Position numbers and translations under genes: made by a program. A stretch of DNA of 64,000 nucleotides from Torpedo marmorata (lineage: Eukaryota), in the NCBI GenBank assembly GCA_977017645.1, contig OZ360221.1, positions 188,604,001 to 188,668,000 on the forward strand, in the 5' to 3' direction. Numbering within the stretch: the stretch's first letter is position 1; each line of letters opens with the position of its first letter. Shown piece after piece: positions 1 through 12,132 of the stretch. The notes under the pieces were generated by a model. That model searched no databases, had not been told where the DNA came from, and saw only the letters and a program-made list of their open reading frames with translations.

Positions 1-2364
1 ATTACTGCCCTGATCTGATTGAATTTCCCTTGGCAAACCTACCAAGGTGAAAGACTTTACTATAGCCTTTACAATTGACTTTGCTTTTATGTTTCTAAGA
101 GGAATGGCCTCTTGAAATCTGGTGGCTGCACACATAATTGTTAACAAATACTCATTCCCCGCTTTGGTTTTGGCAATGGGCCTACACAGTCCACAATTAC
201 TCTCGAGAAAGGCTCACTGAAAGCAGGGATAGGTTGCAAGGGTGCCACCGGGAGACCCTGATTAGGTTTACCCACCAACTGACAAGTGTGACAGGCCCGG
301 CAAAAGCTTACAACCTCCCTTCTCAAACTGGGCCAATAAAACTGTTTCATTATCTTACTTATAGTTTTCTTCGCCCCAAGGTGACCACCTAAGGGTGTAC
401 TATGAGCCAAAGCTATTATTGCATCCCTATATACTTTAGGGATCACAACCTGCTGCACTACTTACTGCCCATTCTTCATTGGCAGGAACATCACATGGTC
501 TCCACTTTCTCATCAACACCCCATCTTTTTCATAATAACCCACTGGCACCTTTTTAATCTCCTCTTCAGAGAGAACCTTATCCCTCACCTCAGCAAGATC
601 AGGATCGTCCTTTTGCCTTGCTATTAGATCCTGTCGGGATAGTGACAAATCCGTGCCTTTAGGTGTCTTATCAGTGGATGGGTGTAACATAGGAGATTGC
701 TCAACCTTTTCCAGGTTTTCTTGATTATCACTGTCTTTTTCTTTCACCAATTTATTTTCCACTGCCTTCTCTACAGTGACATTTTTCTTAGACATGGCCC
801 TGGTTATGGCACATGCCGGATAAATATCAGAGTTTTTCTCTGACTTATCAATGACTGGCTTAGTGGTCATTCGCACTGCAGGAACTACTTTACCCTTGGC
901 CAAGTCATTACCTAACAACAGTGAGACTCCTTCTACTGGCAATTCTGATCTCACTCCTATTATAACAGGTCCTTCCACCAAGTCTGAGTCCAACACTATT
1001 TTGTGCAAAGGAATGGACTCAACATCACCCCCAATTCCTTTAATTAAATTTATATCACCAGTGTCAGTAGCTTCACAAAATTCCAAGACACTATCTAACA
1101 CAAGTGACTGAGCAGCTCCAGTATCTCGCAAGATTTTCACTGGAACTTGTTTTGATCCTGCCTTAACTGAAACAAAACCATCAGTCACAAAAGGTTTAAA
1201 TACATCCCTACCTTTGTCAGTAAATTTATTTCCTTCCTGGGTGTTATGCCTCTTCTCACTCTGAATACAAGCATTAGGTGTTGCATCCTTTTCTCTCTTC
1301 TTTTTCAACACTGGACAACTTGCTAGCATATGACCAGCCTTCCTACAGTAGTGGCAAATGGGACCCGAATGGTTTTCCCTTTTCCACTTTCCTTCATTCC
1401 TTTCCTTAACACCACTTCCAAATTTACTTTCCACTTGCTTGGGAATATCCACAGTGACCTTTTGGAAAATTCTGCCTGACGTCCACTTAGGCTTGTGGGT
1501 TAAAGCATATTCATCTGCTAACTTAGCTGAATTTTGCCAAGTTTTCACCTCCTTTTCATCTAAGTATGCCTTAATATCCTCAGGAACACACCTTTTTATC
1601 TCCTCGATTATGATCAATTCTCTCAATTGATTGTAATCATTGTTTACCGCCTTAGATGTGCACCACCGGTCAAAACACACAACCTTTTCATAGGCAAACT
1701 CTGTGTAAGATTGGGTTGCTGATCTTTTTAAATTTCTAAACTTCTGTCTATAAGCCTCTGGAACTAACTCATAAGCCTGGAGTATAGCCTTTTTCACTGT
1801 TTCATAATCAGCAGCTTGCTCTGTGGTAAGAGTACAATAAGCTTGCTGAGCTTTTCCTTTTATTACACTTTGTAACATAAGAGACCATTGGTCTTGTGGT
1901 CATTTTAATTTCACAGCCACCTTCTAAAAATGCTGGAAGTACTTATCTATTTCTGCATCCTCAAATGGAGGAACCAACCTATCTTCTCTACTAGCCAAAA
2001 ACCCCACAGCAGGATGACGACTTTGATTTTGGTGCTCTTGTTGTCTCCTCTCATTTTCCAACTTTATCTTTTCCAGCATATATCTCGTATTTCTCTCATC
2101 GTTCTCTAATTCTAATTTCTTTTGTTCCAATTCCAATTTCTTTTGTTCCAATTCCCTGTTCTTTTGTTCCCTGGCTGCCTCCAATTCCAATTTCTTTATT
2201 TCCAACTGTATGTTTTCAGATGGTTTACCCTTGGGAAACTGCTCTAACATGCTCTCCTCAAATTTTTTTTCTTTTATATAGTATTTGACAATTTTTCTCC
2301 CAATCTCTGCCTTTTTCATAGATGATTTTACTGAAGCAATGCCCAACCCTGTTGCTATAGCCAC
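1..2364 (-). pseudogene. Disrupted gag-protease-integrase polyprotein of the Gmr1-like element
   Basis: ORFs 1924-2364, 436-1878 and 141-458 are separated by stops near 1900-1926 and frameshifts near 440-458 and about 150-180. Confidence 0.88.
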
Positions 2365-2547
2365 TAACTGTTCCTTTTCGCCTTTTTTAAAGTATCAGGT
2401 TCAGGTGATTCCAAAAAATGTTCTACATACATTGTTGCTGGTTTTTCGTTACACACACACTAGCTTTTAATTAGCTTTACAAAAGGAATGTCTTAAACCA
2501 GAATGGGATTCCTTCAATTACCAAGATGGATTTTTAATTCAAATCAA

Positions 2548-2560
2548 GGACGAGCCCCCA
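2548..2560 (-). promoter_or_regulatory. Primer-binding site, tRNA-Pro type
   Basis: The minus strand reads TGGGGGCTCGTCC starting 4 nt after the LTR end, matching the start of the classical tRNA-Pro PBS TGGGGGCTCGTCCGGGAT. Confidence 0.85.
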
Positions 2561-2564
2561 ATTT

Positions 2565-3442
2565 TGTTACAAAATCAAACCAGCAACGACAGAAGACGCA
2601 ATGCAAAAGGGGTAAAATTGAAATTTATATTTATTAAACACAATTAAACATATAATTTCACAACAATTAACCCCACTATAAACGTCTATAAACACTATTC
2701 TTATCTAAAAGGTGTGTGTGTGTGTGTGTGTGTGTGAAGCCCAGACCATTACAGTCTATGCCAAACCCTCATGTAAAAATGGAAAAACTTTCCCCAAAAA
2801 CCGCAGGTCAGTCATAAAAACAAGTCAGTCAAAAAAAATATAATACAGTCCACAAAAATTCACTCTCTAAGTTCAGGTTCCAAATTCAGCTCTGTGAGCT
2901 GGTAGAAGGACTTTTCAATGAACGTTGGAGAGAGACAATGACTGTTTATGCTTATAAATACTTGGCTTGTTTTTCTTCTCTGATGACTTTCCCTTTTGGT
3001 AGAGATTCACGAGGATTGCGACTCCAAATCAGTATACCACTGATTGAGGCGTGTGCTTGGATTTCACAGCTGGTCTCGCTGATCTCACGCCTGTTCTTCA
3101 CAAAAGTTGCTTTAACTCAGGATTTTTCTGAGAGAGGAGGCCATGTGCTATTCTTCCAGCCTTTTCTTCTGAGATGCACAAGCCTGGATTTTGCTGTGTT
3201 CTCTAGCCTTTGCAACTCCAAACTCCCTGCTTTTTGCAGAGGTTTGCACCTGCCTTTTGCAAAAGTGCAACAAAGTATCTTTTCCACAGCCTGTCTCTCT
3301 CTCTGCTCTCTCTCTCTCTCTGGGTACACCAAGTCCTGGGCAAGTTAACTCTTTCAGTACCTGGTCCCAGTGTGTACTCCAAAAGACTTCATCCTTCCTG
3401 CTGACCGTCCGCAGTCCAAATGGTCAGTCATGGTCCATAACA
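2565..3442 (-). repeat. 5' LTR (878 bp) of the Gmr1-like element
   Basis: TGTTAC...ATAACA termini, (TG)n and (CT)n tracts, collinear with the solo LTR at 30680-31568. Confidence 0.92.
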
Positions 3443-5898
3443 GAATATATGTGTAATAAGCATAAGGTGGTGATTATAGGTGATTTTAACTTTCCACATA
3501 TTGACTGGGACGCCCATACTGTAATAGGGCAGGATGGGTTGGAGTTTGTCAAATGTGTTCAGGAAAGTTTTCTAAATTAATACATAGAAGAACCGACGAG
3601 AGAGGGGGCAGTATTGGATCTCCTATTTGGGAACAAGATAGGTCAGGTGACAGAGGTTTGTGTTGGGGAACACTTTGGGTCTAGTGATCATAATACCATT
3701 AGTTTTAGGTTGATAATGGAGAAGGATAGGGCTGGGCCTAAGGTTGAGATTCTTGATTGGAATAAGGTAAATTTCAAGGAGATGAGGAAAAATTTAGAGG
3801 GTGTGGATTGGGATAATTTATTTTTAGGAAAGGATGTCACAGATAAATGGAGGATATTCAAAGGGGAAATTTTGAGAGTACAGAGTCGGTTCGTCCCTGT
3901 GAGGATTAAAGGAAGAGTTAGAAAATATAGGGAGCCTTGGTTTTCAAAGGATATTGGGAATTTGGTTCGGAGGAAGAAGGATGTGTACAACAGGTATAGA
4001 CAGCAGGGAATAGATGAGGTCCTTGAAGAATATAAGGAGTGTAAAAAAAATCTTTAAAAAGAAATGAGAAAGGCTAAAAGGAGATATCAGGCTGCTTTGG
4101 CAGGCAAGGTAAAAATAAATCCAAAGAGTTTCTACAGGTACATTAAAAGCAAAAGAATAGTGAGGGATAAAATTGGGCCCATTGAGGATCAGATGGGTAG
4201 GCTATGTGAAAAGTCAGAGGAGATGGGGGAGATTTTAAATGAATTTTTTTCTTCAGTATTTACAAAGGAAAGGAATATTGAGCCAGGGGAGGTAAGGAAA
4301 TCTGGCAGTGAGGTCATGGATAATATAAAGATTAATGAGGAGGTAGTATTGGCTATTTTAAAGAGTATAAAGGTGGATAAATCTCCAGGTCCTGACAGGA
4401 TATTCCCGAGGACCCTGAGGGAGGTTAGTGTACAAATAGTGGGGGCTCTGACAGAAATATTTAAAATGTCACTGGCCACGGGGGAGGTGCCGGAGGATTG
4501 GAAGGTATCTCATGTTGTCCCGCTGTTTAAGAAGGGCTCCAAAAGTAAACCTGGAAATTATAGGCCTGTGAGTCTGACATCGGTGGTGGGTAAATTAATG
4601 GAGAGTGTTCTTAGAGATGGTGTATACAGTTATTTGGAAAGACAAGCATTGATTAGTAGTCAACACGGTTTTGTTCGTGGTAGATCATGTTTGACAAATC
4701 TCATAGTGTTTTTCGATGAGGTTACTAAGAGGGTTGACGAGGGGAAGGCTGTGGATGTTGTCTATATGGACTTTAGTAAGGTATTTGACAAGGTTCCGCA
4801 AAAGAGGCTCGTTAGGAAGGTTCAAACATTAGGTATTAACGATGAAGTAGTGAAATGGATTCGGAGGTCGGTGACTAGTGGAGTGCCTCAGGGATCGGTA
4901 CTGGGTCCATTGTTGTTTGTCATATATATTAATGATCTAGATGATAGGGTGGTAAATTTGATTAGTAAGTATGCAGATGATACGAAGATTGGTGGTGTTG
5001 TGGACAGTGAAGAGGGATATCAAAGCTTGCAGTGGGATATAGGACAGTTAGAAGAGTGGGCGGAAACATGGCAGATGGAATTTAATACTGATAAATGTGA
5101 GGTGCTACATTTTGGTAGGAGTAATCAGCAAAGGTCATACATGTTAACTGGTAGACAATTGAGAAGTGCAGTAGAACAGAGGGATTTAGGAATTCTGGTA
5201 CATAATTCCCTGAAAGTTGAGTCACACATAGATAGGGTGGTGAAGAAAGCATTTGGTATGTTGGCCTTCATAAATCAGAGTATTGAATATAGGAGTTGGG
5301 ATGTCATGTTGAAGTTGTATAAGGCATTGGAGAGGCCAAATTTGGGATATTGTGCGCAGTTTTGGTCGCCGAATTACAGGAAGGATATAAACAGAATAGA
5401 GAGAGTGCAGAGGAGATTTACAAGAATGTTGCCAGGGTTTCTGGGTTTGAGTTATAGGGAAAGGTTGAATAGGCTGGGACTTTATTTGCTGGAGTGTAGA
5501 AGGTTGAGGGGTGATTTGATAGAGGTATTTAAAATTATGAAGGGGACAGATAGAGTCAATGTGGACAGGCTTTTTCCATTGAGAGTGGGGAAGATTCAAA
5601 CAAGAGGGCATGGAATGAGATTGAAGGGGCAAAAGTTTAGAGGAAGCATGAGGGGGAATTTCTTCACTCAGAGGGTGGTAGGAGGGTGGAACGAGCTTCC
5701 GGCCGAAGTGGTAGATGCAGGTTCAATTTTAATGTTTAAGGAAAAGTTGGATAGGTGTATGGACGAGAGAGGTGTGGAGGGTTATGGGCCGGGTGCGGGT
5801 CAGTGGGACTAGGTGGGAGAATGTGTTCGGCATGGACAAGAAGGGCCGAACTGGCCTGTTTCTGTGCTGTAAATGTTATATGGTTATGTGGTTATATG
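3443..5898 (+). mobile_element. CR1-clade LINE: part of ORF2 (APE endonuclease and RT) plus 3' UTR, interrupted at the left by the Gmr1 element
   Basis: IIGDFNFPHIDW, GSSDH, KSPGPD, GNYRPVSLTS, GVPQGSVLGP and YADD motifs; (ATATGGTT)-like tail near 5876-5898; apparent in-frame deletion near 4863. Confidence 0.92.
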
Positions 5899-6062
5899 AC
5901 TTTGTAAGTAAATTAATTGAAACGCGTCAAGAACAAGTATCTCACCTAGCCTCCAAGTGACTATTTGTTGGATTTAAGTCACTATACTTACAAAATTTAA
6001 ATATAAATTCGAATCCTGGTCACTGGTGCTGTAACAGCGTTGCGCTAACTGCTACACTAACC

Positions 6063-6600
6063 ATGCCAGTGTCCCGGTCAGTCCCTCAGCACAACGCGAC
6101 TCACCTCCACGCAATTGTCCCGGTCAGGCCCTCGGCGCAGCCTGACTCACCTCCATGCCAGTGTCCCGGTCAGGCCCTCGGCGCAGCCTGACTCACCTCA
6201 ATGCCAGTGTCCCGGTCAGTCCCTCAGCACAACGCGACTCACCTCCACGCCAGTGTCCCGGTCAGTCCCTCGGCGCAACCCAACTCACCTCCACGCCAGT
6301 GTCCCGGTCAGTCCCTTGGCGCAACCCGACTCACCTCCACGCAATTGTCCCGGTCAGGCCCTCGGCGCAGCCTGACTCACCTCCATGCCAGTGTCCCGGT
6401 CAGGCCCTCGGCGCAACCCAACTCACCTCAATGCCAGTGTCCCGGTCAGTCCCTCAGCACAACGCGACTCACCTCCACGCCAGTGTCCCGGTCAGTCCCT
6501 CGGCGCAACCCAACTCACCTCAATGCCAGTGTCCCGGTCAGTCCCTCAGCACAACGCGACTCACCTCCATGCCAGTGTCCTGGTCAGGCCCTCAGTGCAC
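6063..6600. repeat. 46-bp GC-rich minisatellite, 11 full units plus a partial unit
   Basis: Unit ATGCCAGTGTCCCGGTCAGTCCCTCAGCACAACGCGACTCACCTCC recurs at 6063, 6109, 6155 ... 6523, 6569, with variant unit types. Confidence 0.95.
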
Positions 6601-7159
6601 CTTCCTTTAAATTCAAATCCCAGTCGCTGGCACTGTAACAGCGTCGCGCTAGCCACTACGCTAACCATGCCGCCATTATAATTAACCTCCCCTCCCCCAA
6701 GTTTACAGATAAAGCCTTACTAATATACTTAATAATATACTAATAAAGATAAAGACTCTTACTCGGCAGGGATAGGGAGACACTTTGAGAGAGTCACCCC
6801 AGCGGAGAGCGGCATCGGCCGGCTCTTCATCCTGGGTGCCGCCTTTTTATTCAAAGACAACTTTATTGAAACTTTATTCAAACAGCTGCTGTGGGCGGGG
6901 CACGACTGGGGCGCTACGTTGGCTGAATGTATGCTCCTATTTTCACCAAGGGGATGTGTGTTGCTTCGGAGAACATTTACTTTCACAATTATAAACTTTT
7001 ATTTAAAACTTTATTTATTCTTATTTATTTTTCAAAAATGTTATTTATTTATTTCCTCAATTTTTTTTTTTGCTGGTTGTTTGAGTTTCCAGTTGATTGA
7101 ATGTCGGATAATGGGGATTTTACTGTTTCAAGATTGCTTTAGTGTTCTCTACCATGAAG

Positions 7160-8325
7160 TAAAACATGAAAATCTGTAGACACCGTGGTTGAAGTAAAAA
7201 ACACAAATGCTGGAGAAACTCAGCAGGTCAAACAGTGTCTTTTATGTAGCAAAGGTAGAAATACATAACCGACGTTTCGGGCTTGAGCCCTTCATCAAAG
7301 TACGAGAAAATGCTGGCAGGCGTCCGAACAAAAGAGTGAGGGGGGAAGGGGGGTGGCAAAGGCAGGAGATGTTAGGTGGAGAAAGGAGGGAGGGGACAGC
7401 AGCAAAGAGGGGAAGGAGGGATGGCTGGGTGGGTGGAAAAAAACAGGAAGGACAGGTGAGGGGGGAGGAGAAGGAAACGACAAGCAGGTTTAGTGGAAAG
7501 CGGAAAAGTCAATGTTAATGCCATCTGGCTGGAGAGTGCCCAGACGGAAAATGAGATGTTGTTCCTCCAATTTGCGGGTAGTCTGGGTGGGATAGTACAT
7601 AAGGCCATGGACAGACATGTGAGTGTGGGAGTGTGACCTGGAATTGAAATGGTTGGCTACTGGGAGGTCGCTGTTGTTGCGGATGGAGAGGAGGTGCTCA
7701 GCAAAGCGATCTCCCAATCTACGACCTGTCTCTCCGATGTAGAGAAAGCCACAAAGGGAGCACCGGATGCAGTAAATAAGTTCTCTGGATGTACAAGTGA
7801 AGTGTAGTTTCACTTGGAAGGCCTGTTTGGGGCCCCGGACCGTGGTGAGGGGGGAGGTGTGGGCGCAGGTGTTGCACCTCCTGCGGGCACAGGGGAAGGT
7901 GCCGGGGGTGCGATGGGTGGGGAGGGATGAGTGCACGAGGGAATCGCGGAGGGAGCGGTCCCTACGGAAGGCCGAAAGGGGAGGAGAAGGAAAAATGTGT
8001 CTGGTGGTGGGATCCTGTAGTAAGTGCCGGAAATTCCGGCGGATAATGTGTCGGATGCGGAGGCTAGTGCGGTGGTAGGTTAGGATGAGGGGGATTCTAT
8101 GTTTGTTGCGTCTGGGGGCAGAGGGGGCCAGGGCAGATGAGCGGGAAATGGAGGAGATGCGGGTGAGGGCTGAGTTGATGGTGGTGGAGGGGAAGCCAGG
8201 TTTGTGGAAAAAGGCAGACATTTCAGAAGATCTGGACTGGAAGACCTCATCTTGGGAACAGATGCGGCGGAGACGGAGAAATTGAGAGAAGCCGATGGAA
8301 TCCTTGCAGCGGACAGGGTGTGAAG
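7160..8325 (-). mobile_element. Penelope-like element (Neptune type), 5'-truncated: RT thumb, Cys linker, GIY-YIG endonuclease, 3' pLTR
   Basis: ORF 7490-8335 has PCARRRCNTCAH and LIYCIRCSLCGFLYIGETGRRLGDRFAEH; highly similar to 45310-46432 in the opposite orientation. Confidence 0.92.
7264..7304 (-). ncRNA. Minimal type I hammerhead ribozyme motif in the Penelope 3' end
   Basis: Minus strand cgtact-TTGATGA-a-GGGC tcaa GCCC-GAAA-CG-TC-ggttatg; same motif as 46324-46364. Confidence 0.72.
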
Positions 8326-8424
8326 GCAGATACAAACTCTTTGTTCAAAGTCACTGCCATTTCCCTCTAACATTTTATTATTTCCCCATTATCATTGTGT
8401 CGGGTATTTTGGCTAATCTCCTGC

Positions 8425-8916
8425 AAAAAAAACAAACTGCTGGGGAATTTAGTAGGTCAGGCAGTATCTGTGGAGAAAAATGGACAGTTGGGTCAAGACA
8501 TTTCAACTGGATTGAAAGAGAGAAGATAACCAATATAAAGAGGTGAGAGGGAGGGGAGGGAGGGCAGGAGCTGACAAGTGATAAGTCGTGCTTGGTGAGG
8601 AATGGTTGGTTGACAGGTGGTCAGGTGGGGGAGGGATGGGTGGAGATAGCAACAGATGCTGGGAAGTGATAAATTGGTACAACAAAGGAATCTGATAAGA
8701 AAAGAAGCTGAAGAGTTGAAACCGTAAGGGAGATGTGGTGAGCAGATGGGAAGAGTGTAGGGAAGGAATGGTGTCCTGGTGGGAGGAATGTGTAGGTTAT
8801 GGGTGGATGGAGTGAGTGGGGGTTGGAAAGGGGTGTGTGAGAAAGGACCTGGATGGATCAGAAAGAGATAGAAAGGGACAGAGGGGAACAGGTCACCTGA
8901 AACTGGAGAATTCAAT
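8425..8916 (-). mobile_element. Degenerate Penelope-like 3' end of an older family
   Basis: Contains the family 3' hairpin region (ctgctggggaatttagtaggtcaggcag) followed by a purine-rich tract and an endonuclease-end-like sequence. Confidence 0.55.
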
Positions 8917-9479
8917 GGTTGATGACTACTCGAGGTGATATTAGCTAATCTCTTCCTTTTTTAGAGTATCCACGGCAGAAGCTAATTAAGTTTACTTCTA
9001 ACTTCTGCTTCCAACTTTGATAATAAGTTTATTATACACGTTCTACAATGCACCAAAATTCTTATTTGCTGCAACCGAACAGGTACTCCATTAAAAAAAA
9101 AAGTACACCTTAAATTTAAAAAAAATATAATAAATACAAAATATAGGCAGTTAATAAATATTCACAGTTACCATAGTGCAAGAGAAGGAAAAAGGTGCCT
9201 TTACAAGAAGGACAACACATCATGAGATTAAAAAAAAGCATATTTGGTTGTTTGTGCTAAGTGTACAATATAGTTGTAACTGTGCATTGCATCAATCCCC
9301 TTTCAGTCACAGGACCACATTTTTGGAAGGTGGCAACACTGTTATTTCATACTTAATTACCTACTACACAGCAGTGACCAAGGAGTGGAATCTCAAGCTG
9401 CTTGAAGCCTAGGATGGTCTGCTATGGGCTTCCCCTTCACACATAGTTTCAGCCTGCAGCTGCCCATGATCTCTATAAA

Positions 9480-9735
9480 GTATAAAGAGTACATACATGA
9501 TATCACATACAACCCTGAGATTCTTTTTCCTGTGGGTGAGGCAGAATTACCACGTATTGGCAGTGCAAAAAAAACAAACTGGCTCAACGTACACATTTAA
9601 ACAAATAAAGAAACGTAAACAAACTGACTGTGCAATGCAAAAATAGAAAAAAAATTAATAAAGTGCAAAAGAGTCCTTAAATAAGTCCCTGATTGAGTTT
9701 GTTGTCGTTGAGGAGTCTGATGGTGGAGGGGTAGC
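9480..9735 (-). mobile_element. Rex1/Babar LINE 3' UTR fragment
   Basis: Reverse complement resembles 13300-13590. Confidence 0.65.
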
Positions 9736-10288
9736 TGGAGGGGAGCTACTCAGTAATTCCTCAAAACGTTTACAAATTTGCCATTTAAAAATGAATCAAA
9801 AATATATTATAAACAACAAAAGAAAGCAACATACAGCAACAAATATTGGAAAGGGGAAATTCTTCAACTCGGAGATTGTAAGATATTTGTGGATATCTTT
9901 CTGTGAGCGCAGTGACACACACTGTTACTTCATAAAATATGATGACAAAGAAAATTAGACGTGCATCAGGTTTTGAGCAAGCTTTGAGGCAGATGAGGGG
10001 GAGACTGAGCAATACTTAGGAGAGAAAAGGCAAAAAGGGGATGATAGTGGGGTGAGGTAAAATAAAATGTGGGGTGTAAACTGCCCCAACAAAAGAATGA
10101 GAGAGAGTCATAACAGCACCAAGGTTCATCAGAGGAATATAGAAGACTAAGGATATGTGGGAATGGGCCTGAGAACTGAAAACAATTCTGTAGACATCTG
10201 ATCAAACAAAATGGAAACAAGGGTGAACAACGAAAAAAAATAGGTAGATATTTAGGTGGAGAAAAGAACTTTTATCAAGAACTTTTAT

Positions 10289-10594
10289 GGGACGGCACGG
10301 TTTGCGTAGCGGTTAGCGCAACGCCTTTAGTGCGCCAGCAATCGGGACTGGCGTTCGAATCCTGCGCTGCCTGTGAAGAGTTTGTACGTTCTCCCCGTGT
10401 CTGCGTGGGTTTTCCCCAGGGGCTCCGGTTTCCTCCCACCGTTCGAAACGTACTGGGGGTTGTAGGTTAATTTGGTGTAAATTGGGCGACACAGACTCGT
10501 GGGCCAAAATAGCCTGTTACCATTCTGTATGTCTAAATTTTTTTTTTAATTTAAAAAAAATTAAAAATCTAAAATTTAAATTTAAAATTTAAAA
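10289..10594 (+). mobile_element. tRNA-derived V-SINE (HE1-like)
   Basis: A/B-box head (gcgtagcggttagc...gttcgaatcc), V-domain (gtttgtacgttctccccgtgtctgcgtgggtt...ctccggtttcctccca), CR1-like 3' end, (AAATTT)n tail. Confidence 0.85.
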
Positions 10595-10775
10595 AGATGG
10601 ACATTCATGGAATAGAGGGGGCTCTAAATTAATGCTTCCCTGGCACTGGATAGAACTTAAAAATGTAATATCTTATAGCCAACATTGACCAACGCTTAGA
10701 ATGACATGTATAAAAAAGACAATTTCAGACTGCTGAGAAGTTCATTCCACTCATCTACATTGCTGTAATGATACT

Positions 10776-11638
10776 AGTCAAGTCAAGTCAAGTTTATTGT
10801 CATCTGATTGTACAAGTACCACCCAACCAAATAGCGTTCTCTGGTCCTTGGTGCAAAACATGCAGACACACAACCAGACATAACTCACATACAGACAAAC
10901 AATACATATGCAGAACAAGTATTTCATCTATACAAATAAATAAATAAATGTTGTTTCATGAATATGAGAGTCTTGGATGGTTAGTGTAAGCAGTTCCTTT
11001 GGTCGTTCAGCATTCTCACTGACCTTGGGAAGAAGCTGTTTCTCAGCCTAGTGGTGCTTGCTCTGATACTTCTGTATCTCTTCCCCGACGGGAGCAGCTG
11101 CTGAAAGATGTTGTGTGCAGGGTGGAAGGGGTCCTCAATGATTTTGCGCGTCCTTTTCAGACAATGATCCCAGTAGATCACATCGATGGGGCGGGGGGCG
11201 GGGGGGGTGGTGAGGGAGACTCCAGTGATCCTCTCTGCCACTCTTATGGTCCTGTGGATTGACCTCCAATCCATTTCTCTGCAGCAACCTTACCACACTG
11301 TGATGCAGCCGGCCAGGACGCTCTCAATAGTGTTCCTATAGAAGGTTGATATAATGATGGCATGTAGCCTTGCCCGCTTCAATCTTCTCAGGAAGTGCAG
11401 TCGCTGTTGCGCCTTCCTGACAAGTGAGGAGATGTTAAGTGTCCACGATCGGTCACTAGTTAAGTGAACTCATAGGAACTTGGTGCTTTCCACTCTCTCT
11501 ACTACAGAATTGTTGATGTGTAGTGGAGGGTGGTCATTCCTGGTCCTCCTGAAGTCCACAATCATCTCCTTCGTCTTGTCCACGTTGAGACTCAGGTCGT
11601 TACTCTCGCACCATTTCACGAGATTTTCCACCTCTTCT
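10776..11638 (-). mobile_element. Rex1/Babar LINE, 5'-truncated, (ACTTG)n tail
   Basis: C-terminal ORF2 motifs (DPFHPAH, LLPSGKRYRS, TTRLRNSFFP); tail reads agtcaagtcaagtcaag on the + strand. Confidence 0.85.
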
Positions 11639-12132
11639 CACAAATATCCACACCACCTGCAATTTCTGGTGTCCTATGAAGGGATGTAACCACCATCATT
11701 CAGTCAACCCTGTGGATGAATAACACACAAGTTATACGTCTAAGGAAAATTTCAGATGGAGACATGGATAAGATGGGTTTAGAGGAATATGGCCCAGCCA
11801 CAGGCAGGTGGGATGAGTGTGAGTGGGATAGTTTGGTTGGCGTGGGCAAGGTGGGCCAAAAGGCCTGTTTCCACGCTGTATGACTTTCTGACTCTAATAT
11901 AAACATTATTTCCTGCCATGTGTGGAACATATCTAGCAAAATGCAGGTTCATATTAATATTCATGTGAGTTAAAGCCACAGATTCAATCCCATTCAATTT
12001 TTCTTGGTTTTATTCAATATGGAACAGTTACAGACTTAGTCATAATGAAATATGTGTTATTGATATGAGATTATAGCAAAGCTGTGGTCAACTAGTCTTG
12101 GTCAGACAACATTTTTCTTGATCTAGGTGCAA

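Larger units (their letters stand above)
1..3442 (-). mobile_element. Gmr1-like Ty3/Gypsy LTR retrotransposon: 5' LTR, gag, protease and start of integrase; runs off the window start; disrupted
   Basis: LTR 2565-3442 (TG...CA) followed by a tRNA-type primer site. ORF pieces give a SCAN-like start (LVPEAYRQKFRNL), CCHC knuckle (CHYCRKAGHMLASC), protease (LRDTGA), then directly the integrase HHCC (AHSTPLGGHLG...CRACHTC) and core (PFSRVIVDCVGPLP). Stops and frameshifts are present. Confidence 0.92.

Noticed and set aside
6063-6600. CRISPR-like regular repeat and the repetitive ORFs across it
   Set aside because: Units abut with no unique spacers, there are no cas genes, and the context is vertebrate. 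The ORFs arise from a stop-poor 46-bp unit cycling through frames.
9780-9975. Possible host exon in unique sequence
   Set aside because: No convincing splice sites, multiple stops and no recognisable homology.
10289-10365. tRNA gene
   Set aside because: The A/B boxes belong to a SINE head that continues into the V-domain; no full cloverleaf or terminator.
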